From Gemmatimonadota bacterium (GTDB lineage Bacteria > Gemmatimonadota > Gemmatimonadetes > Longimicrobiales > Gaopeijiaceae): a stretch of DNA of 64,000 nt. Below the pieces are notes generated by a model. That model saw only the letters and a list, made by a program, of their open reading frames with translations, did no database searches and had not been told where the DNA came from. The DNA lies in assembly GCA_039589315.1 (NCBI GenBank), contig JBDHHQ010000013.1, positions 128,001 to 192,000 on the forward strand, in the 5' to 3' direction. The position numbers and the translations under genes were made by a program. Below, piece after piece: positions 58,500-64,000 of this stretch (positions within the stretch are counted from its first letter, which is position 1; the number at the start of each line of letters is the position of its first letter).

Positions 58500-59261
58500 T
58501 CAGGCGCCCAAGCTGGCCGCCTCGTCGGCGATGTGTTTGCGCAGGAGGTCGGTCAGCCGACCCGGTGCGCCACGGCCGTGACCGAGGCAGTCCCGGGCCG
58601 TGATCACGGCATCCGGGTCGAACTGCTCGACCGCCCCGGCGCGCTGGTAGAACCTGTTGACCGCCGCCGTGGCCGGGGCCATGTCGGCCTCGACGAAGAG
58701 GACCATGTGGGCGACGACGTTGCCGCCCGGGCGATGCGTCGGCGCCAGCCCCCCCCGCCAACGTTGGGACGTGCCCGCGATCTTCCTGCCCTGCGCCACC
58801 AGGTTGAAGCGTCCGTCGCAAAAAGACCCGGGCACCTCGCCGTATTCGACCGCCACGCCCAGGGTCGCCAACGCCTGCCGAACCGGCCCGCACAGGGCCT
58901 CATAGACGGCCTCCAGCGCATGGGCGGCCAGACCCCCCTGGCCGAGGAGCAGGGAAGCCTGGAGGATGCCCGGCCCGTGTGGCACCGCCGTCCCCCCGCT
59001 GTCTCGGGCGACGACGGGCCAGCCCTCCGCGCCGGCCGCCTTTGCCGCTGCCTCGGCCCCGGGCAACCTGGCCTCCCGGGCCGTGATCACCAGGGTCCGC
59101 TCGTTCTCCCAGATGCGGTACGTGGGCGCACGACTGCCGGCGCCGATCTCGCGGGCCCAGCCGAAGTCACGCTCGACAGCGGCGGCCGCGTCCATGGGCG
59201 CCCGGTCGTCGAGGACCTGGAGGTCCCGGAGCGCTGTCCCGAGCTCTGGTGGGTGTCCCAT
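58500..59261 (-). CDS. Lipoate-protein ligase family catalytic domain (LipL-like)
   Basis: RDSGGTAVPHGPG; GSFCDGRFNL..GRKIAGTSQRW; no LplA C-terminal domain. Confidence 0.8.
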   Translation of the reverse strand: MGHPPELGTALRDLQVLDDRAPMDAAAAVERDFGWAREIGAGSRAPTYRIWENERTLVITAREARLPGAEAAAKAAGAEGWPVVARDSGGTAVPHGPGILQASLLLGQGGLAAHALEAVYEALCGPVRQALATLGVAVEYGEVPGSFCDGRFNLVAQGRKIAGTSQRWRGGLAPTHRPGGNVVAHMVLFVEADMAPATAAVNRFYQRAGAVEQFDPDAVITARDCLGHGRGAPGRLTDLLRKHIADEAASLGA

Positions 59262-59371
59262 GTTCGAATTCGCCGCGGAGTGGAGGACGCCGGGCCTACC
59301 CCTGGTGTGCTACACCGGTTTCCCGGTATTTCTGTCGCCGCCGATCGGAGCCCGCTACACAGGTTCTAGCC

Positions 59372-60574
59372 ATGCCCCACGTCTTCGCCTACGAATCGGA
59401 CCCCTACCAGAGGGAGATCTCCGTCCGCCTGCTCGAGACGGGGACCGGAGACGAAGGTCCCTACGCGGTCGTGAATGACACCGTGCTCTATCCAGGCGGA
59501 GGAGGACAACCGAGGGACCGGGGCACCCTGGCGGGCGTCGGGGTGGCGGCCATCTCTCCCGAGGACGGGGTCGTGCGTCTCGCCCTGGAGCGGCCGGTCA
59601 CCGGTGACGCGGCGGATCTGGTGGTGGACTGGAGGCTGCGGTACGACCGGATGCAGCAGCACACGGCCCAGCATCTACTGACCGCCGTCGCGGCGGATGA
59701 ATATTGCTGGGATACGACTTCGTTCCACCTCGGCGAGGAGGTCTGTGACATCGAGCTGGACACGTCATCCATCTCCCGCCATGACCTGAGCCGTCTCCAG
59801 AGCGCGGTCGCGGACCGGGTCCGCGCGGCGCTTCCGGTCCGTGCCCGCCGGGTGCCCATGGACGAGTACCGGAAGATGACGGTGCGCACCCGCGGCCTGC
59901 CCGAGGGCTTTCGGGGCGAGGTGCGCCTCGTGGAGATCGAGGGCTTGGACCTGACGACGTGCGGAGGAACGCATGTCGACCGCACGTCCGAGTTGGAGAC
60001 CATCTGTCTGCTGGGCACCGAGTCCGTGCGGGGCGGCAGTCGCACGCGGCTTCGCTGGCTGGCCGGGCGCCGCGTGCGCGAGCGTCTCCTCCGGCACGAG
60101 GACCGCAGCCGCGATCTCCGACAGGCGCTGGGCGTCGGCGACGATGAGCTCGCACAGGCCGTTCTGTCTGGTGGTGAGCGCCTCAAAGCCGCCGACCGGA
60201 GGATACGGCACCTGGAGTCCGCCCTGGCCGGCGAGGTCGCGGCCCGGCTGGTCCGCGGAACGGACCAACTCGTCCACGCCGACTTCGACGACGTGGAACC
60301 GAGCTTCGTCCAGGCCGTAGCCCGCACGTTCGCTGCCAGCGAAGTGAGCAAGGTGGCGCTGCTGACGAGCCGGGGGCCCAAAGGGCCGTTCTTCGTAGTC
60401 GCTGGCGGCGGCGCCCTCGGGGGAGACGTGCAGGCCGTGGGCGCCTGCGTCGCCGAAGCCCTGGGTGGCCGTGGTGGCGGCTCCGGGAGCTTCTTTCAGG
60501 GCAAGGCCGTGTCCCTGGACCGGCTCGGAGAGGCCATACAGACCGCCGCGGCGAAGCTGGCAGAGCGGCCGTGA
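59372..60574 (+). CDS. Alanyl-tRNA editing protein AlaX with DHHA1 domain
   Basis: TVLYPGGGGQPRDRG; MQQHTAQHLL (HxxxH); CGGTHV; GGRGGGS..FQG. Confidence 0.9.
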   Translation: MPHVFAYESDPYQREISVRLLETGTGDEGPYAVVNDTVLYPGGGGQPRDRGTLAGVGVAAISPEDGVVRLALERPVTGDAADLVVDWRLRYDRMQQHTAQHLLTAVAADEYCWDTTSFHLGEEVCDIELDTSSISRHDLSRLQSAVADRVRAALPVRARRVPMDEYRKMTVRTRGLPEGFRGEVRLVEIEGLDLTTCGGTHVDRTSELETICLLGTESVRGGSRTRLRWLAGRRVRERLLRHEDRSRDLRQALGVGDDELAQAVLSGGERLKAADRRIRHLESALAGEVAARLVRGTDQLVHADFDDVEPSFVQAVARTFAASEVSKVALLTSRGPKGPFFVVAGGGALGGDVQAVGACVAEALGGRGGGSGSFFQGKAVSLDRLGEAIQTAAAKLAERP

Positions 60575-61161
60575 GCCAGCTCTCTGCCGTCACGGGCCTC
60601 GCGGTCGCGAGCTTCGTGTCGACGAGCCTGGACAACTTCACACTGCTGCTGGGGTTCTTCGCCGACGACGAGTACCCCAAGCGCCAGGTCGCCGGCGGCT
60701 ACGCGCTATCAGTCGTTCTGGTGCTGCTCCTGGCGTGGGGGGCTTCCGCCGCCGTCGAGATGGTGCCGCCTGGGTACCTGGGCTACCTGGGCGTCGTCCC
60801 CCTGGGTCTCGGGCTGGTCGGCCTCTACCGGCTGCTCCGCCACGCGGGCCCGGCTGCTGTCGCCCAACCCCAGCGGGGCAAGGGCTTCTTCCCTGTGTTG
60901 CTCGTCATGCTGGCGAACAGCGGTGATTCGTTCAGCGTGTACGTCTCCGTCTTCGCCGACACTGCGGAGCGGCTCGAGGTCCCCATCCTCACCGTCGTGG
61001 TGACGTGCGCCCTGCTCGCCGCCGCCGCGGCCCGCTGGCTCGTCACCCGCAGAAGCCTCGGACAGCCCATTCAACGCATCGCCAGGCTCGTGCTGCCGTT
61101 CCTGCTCATCGCGATCGGCGCCTACATCCTCATCGATACGGGGACGGACGCGCTTCCCTAG
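60571..61161 (+). CDS. Cadmium resistance transporter CadD family (LysE superfamily)
   Basis: FVSTSLDNFTLLLGFF; LGYLGVVPLGLGL; ANSGDSFSVYVSVF; LPFLLIAIGAYIL. Confidence 0.82.
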   Translation: MSQLSAVTGLAVASFVSTSLDNFTLLLGFFADDEYPKRQVAGGYALSVVLVLLLAWGASAAVEMVPPGYLGYLGVVPLGLGLVGLYRLLRHAGPAAVAQPQRGKGFFPVLLVMLANSGDSFSVYVSVFADTAERLEVPILTVVVTCALLAAAAARWLVTRRSLGQPIQRIARLVLPFLLIAIGAYILIDTGTDALP

Positions 61162-61315
61162 AGCGCCACTTCACGCGGTCCGATCCGTCCTGGGCGCAAC
61201 ACCGTGCCACGCGGAATCCCGCGCGGCGTCTCAGGGGTGCGGTGAGTCCAGGCTGAAGTCCCCGGACGAGGCGAGATCGCTCACGGGCCGCGGCTTCGAC
61301 CGGACGGGTCCCAGC

Positions 61316-62506
61316 TCACTGGACTGCTGGAAAGACGTACCGTCTCAGCATGTCCATGGCCTGGTTCGACAGCACGCTGTCGTTGCCGCCGGTGAAGACG
61401 GCGACCAGGTCGAAGTCCGGATAGACGAAGATCCACTGACCGCCGCGACCGGACGCGGCCACGACGTCGAAGACCTCGTTGGAGAGGTCGAACGGGTGCT
61501 CGTGCCGGGGCAGCCGGATCCTCCACCACTGATAGCCGTACCCGGCTCCGGGCGCCCGGGCGCTGGTGGACTCACGCACCCACGACTCCGAGACGATGCG
61601 CTGGCCGTTCCAGATCCCTCCGTTCAGAACCAGAAGCCCGATTCTCGCCGCGTCGCGGGGGCGTAGCGCCAGGCCGCCTCCGGTCTGGACGGTGCCGTCC
61701 GGATAGCGCCACCACGCATAGTCCGAGATACCCAGAGGACCGAAGAGGAATCGCTCGGCAAACTCGTCCGCCCTGAGACCGCTCGCACGGTGGATGACCT
61801 CGCCGAGGGTGATGGAAAGGCCGCTGTTATAACGAAAATGTCGGCCCGGCTCGTTCACTGCCGGCAGCCCCAACGTGAACGCCACGGGGTCCCCGGACCG
61901 ATGCAGCTGCACGTGGCTGTTTCGCGAATCCGAGTAGGGGTGGGTGTGCTCGTCCCATTCGAGTCCCGCCGTCATCGTGAGAAAGTGCTCCAGCGTGAGC
62001 GCGTCCTTGCGCGCGTCGGCGAAGAACGCGGCGTGCTCGGGGAAGAACACGGAGATCCTCTGGTCCACGTCCTCGACGAGCCCCTGATCCTTGGCGATGC
62101 CGAAGAGCAGGGAGTTCACGCTCTTGGTCACCGAGTGGAGGTCGTGGAGATCGTCACGACCCCACTCCACGAAGCGATCGCCGGTGGTTGTCCGGCCCGA
62201 GGCGTACTCCTCGAGCACCAACCGGCCCCCACGGACCAGCAGCACGCCGTGGATGTTCACATAGCTCCCATCGCGGATGCGCTCCACGAGCTCTACCAGG
62301 GGCTCTTCCCGAACGCCGACGGCGTTCAGGTGGGCGGTGGCCCAGCCGTCTCCCGCCTCGGGCGGCACCTGGTACGTGTAGGACGGTGCCGGGCGCGTGG
62401 GGGCGTCGTCACAGGCCACCCCAGCGATCAGAATGAGCGACGGAAGCAGCCAAGTCCGGAAGCAGCGGAAGACTCGACCGAGGGCTGCGCGGGGCCGGGC
62501 GCTCAC
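61316..62506 (-). CDS. Serine hydrolase, beta-lactamase/AmpC-like family lipoprotein
   Basis: Lipobox GVAC; HSVTKS (SxxK); LTMTAGL; FRYNSG; YGYQWW; SGRGGQ. Confidence 0.9.
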   Translation of the reverse strand: MSARPRAALGRVFRCFRTWLLPSLILIAGVACDDAPTRPAPSYTYQVPPEAGDGWATAHLNAVGVREEPLVELVERIRDGSYVNIHGVLLVRGGRLVLEEYASGRTTTGDRFVEWGRDDLHDLHSVTKSVNSLLFGIAKDQGLVEDVDQRISVFFPEHAAFFADARKDALTLEHFLTMTAGLEWDEHTHPYSDSRNSHVQLHRSGDPVAFTLGLPAVNEPGRHFRYNSGLSITLGEVIHRASGLRADEFAERFLFGPLGISDYAWWRYPDGTVQTGGGLALRPRDAARIGLLVLNGGIWNGQRIVSESWVRESTSARAPGAGYGYQWWRIRLPRHEHPFDLSNEVFDVVAASGRGGQWIFVYPDFDLVAVFTGGNDSVLSNQAMDMLRRYVFPAVQ

Positions 62507-63156
62507 TCCGTACCTCCGAGCGGCACGACATAGCCGACCGTCAGGTAGAGCGCGCGGTTCCTGGCCGCCCCCGGGGGCGTCGTCTCACGATTGATGTTTG
62601 TGAGCCCGCTGTTTGCCCACAGATCGACGACGACGCACCCGGGGCCGGCCCCGAAGCCCATGCCAGCGCCCAGGGCCAGACCGAAGTCCACGGTCGCTCG
62701 CTGCAGCCCCGCCAGGACGTCGTCGCACTGCACTGACCCCACACCTGGCACACGGCGTGACTCGCAGCCGACCTCGAAGCTCGCCACCGGACCGGCGAAC
62801 AATCGGGGCGCAAGAGCGACGGGAAAATCGATCTGGAGGAAGAGAGGGACCTCGAGGTAGGCGAGCTTCACCTGCTCGTCGTCGCTGTCGAATCCCTTCT
62901 GCGTGAATGCTAGACCACTGCGAATCGCGGTCGCGCTACCCACTCGGGTGAGCACGATGGCGGCGAGGTGAATGCCGGGAGTGGCCTTGGCCAAGGCGTC
63001 GGCCGTCGGGTTCTCGAATGACACCCGCGCGGCGTTGAGGCCCCCCGCCAGCCCGGCGGCCCAGCGCTGCCCGATCAGCGGTGAAACCATCGCGAGCCAC
63101 ATCACCCCCGCCAGAAGCGGGGGCCCACGTCTCGAGAGCATCACCCAAGACCGCAT
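62503..63156 (-). CDS. Outer-membrane beta-barrel (porin family, OMP_b-brl-like)
   Basis: Signal peptide; GLAGGLN; FTQKG; LAYLEVPL; FAGP; DFGLALGAG; LYLTVGYVVPL; start approximate. Confidence 0.75.
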   Translation of the reverse strand: MRSWVMLSRRGPPLLAGVMWLAMVSPLIGQRWAAGLAGGLNAARVSFENPTADALAKATPGIHLAAIVLTRVGSATAIRSGLAFTQKGFDSDDEQVKLAYLEVPLFLQIDFPVALAPRLFAGPVASFEVGCESRRVPGVGSVQCDDVLAGLQRATVDFGLALGAGMGFGAGPGCVVVDLWANSGLTNINRETTPPGAARNRALYLTVGYVVPLGGTE

Positions 63157-63477
63157 CCGTACAACCTCCAGGATGTCCTCGCGGTCACCCGACGCGCCTT
63201 CCTCTGGAACATACCCCCGGTAGCAGCCGGTCCCCGTCGGGCAAACCGCTCGAACGGGTGTGGTGGAGCCTCCGATCGACAGACGAGCCAGCTCCCCGAC
63301 CGCGGGGCCTCCGGGGGGAGAGGACGGTCCCGCGGGGCCAGCCCTTCCTCGGGCGGCGGCCAGCGGTCCCGCCAAAGCCCCTCCATCCGGGCGGACAGCC
63401 CACCGGTGACGTCGTCGTTGTCCGTGACCGGGGCTCGCCCTACCATGGGTCACGAGGCAACGACAGGAGCGGTGCGC

Positions 63478-64000
63478 GTGACCGAGACAGACCCCTCGAC
63501 CGACGGTCTCAGCCGACCCGGTGGGGGCACCACAGCGGGAGGTCTCCCCGAGCCCGTGACGGCTCCGGCCGAGTCGGAGCATCGTCCACACTGGTCCCGA
63601 CGGGACTTCATCAAGGGCGTGATCGCCTCCGGCGTCGCCGTCTCCGCAACGTCGTACTTCACCTCGGCCTGCACCCGCCCCCCTCCCGCCGTGGCCGGCG
63701 GGGTGGAGCGCCTCATCTCCCTCACCGTGAACGGCCAGACCCGACGGGTCGACGTGCTCCCCAACGAGACCCTGGTGATGACGCTGCGCTACAAGCTCGG
63801 CCTCACCGGCACGAAGCTGGGGTGCGACCGGGGTGAGTGCGGGGCCTGCACGGTCATGATCGACGACGTCGCCCACTACGCCTGCTCGCTACTGACCCAT
63901 CGTGTGCGCGGTCGCCGGATCACCACGGTGGAGGGTCTGGAGGGGCAGGGCGGCGAGCTCCACCCGGTTCAACAGGCCTTCATCGACGAGCTCGGACCGC
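63478..64000 (+). CDS. Tat-signal (2Fe-2S)-binding subunit of xanthine dehydrogenase/aldehyde oxidoreductase family (PaoA/CoxS-like), runs off window
   Basis: Read manually: SRRDFIKG; LTVNG; LRYKLGLTGTKLGCDRGECGACTV..YAC..ITTVEGL..LHPVQQAFID; alternative start ATG 63445. Confidence 0.92.
   Translation, partial: MTETDPSTDGLSRPGGGTTAGGLPEPVTAPAESEHRPHWSRRDFIKGVIASGVAVSATSYFTSACTRPPPAVAGGVERLISLTVNGQTRRVDVLPNETLVMTLRYKLGLTGTKLGCDRGECGACTVMIDDVAHYACSLLTHRVRGRRITTVEGLEGQGGELHPVQQAFIDELGP

Noticed and set aside
1..64000. tRNA, rRNA, transposase, integrase, prophage or selenocysteine read-through genes
   Set aside because: None recognised by eye; intergenic gaps are short and the called genes appear complete at their stops. 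tRNAscan/Infernal were not run.

Overview
High-GC bacterial chromosomal window (roughly 70% GC by eye). It is gene-dense, with about 47 CDS. I found no rRNA, tRNA, CRISPR array, transposase or prophage gene. The content suggests a Gemmatimonadota-like diderm (inference): many exported and lipoprotein hydrolases, DUF5916, a PorV-like barrel, an Oar-like TonB-dependent receptor, and VPS10 and LVIVD propellers. Housekeeping-type genes include an aspartate aminotransferase (partial), HU, infA, ferritin, ettA, mscL, copCD, an AlaX editing protein and a 2Fe-2S subunit (partial). The most interesting items are: (1) a ynjBCD/ynjF-type locus extended with a TonB-dependent receptor, a compact FGGY kinase and a radical SAM enzyme (34.2-44.3 kb), a candidate uptake-modify-lipidate pathway; (2) a DEAD-box protein with all catalytic motifs degenerate but an intact DbpA RNA-binding domain; (3) a nine-gene MoxR/VWA operon that includes a caspase-fold protein with Ser at the catalytic Cys position and a TPR-gluzincin; (4) a three-gene His/Cys-rich periplasmic metal/thiol module; (5) an exported protein with nine 29-aa repeats. 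All product calls come from motif recognition by eye, not from database searches.
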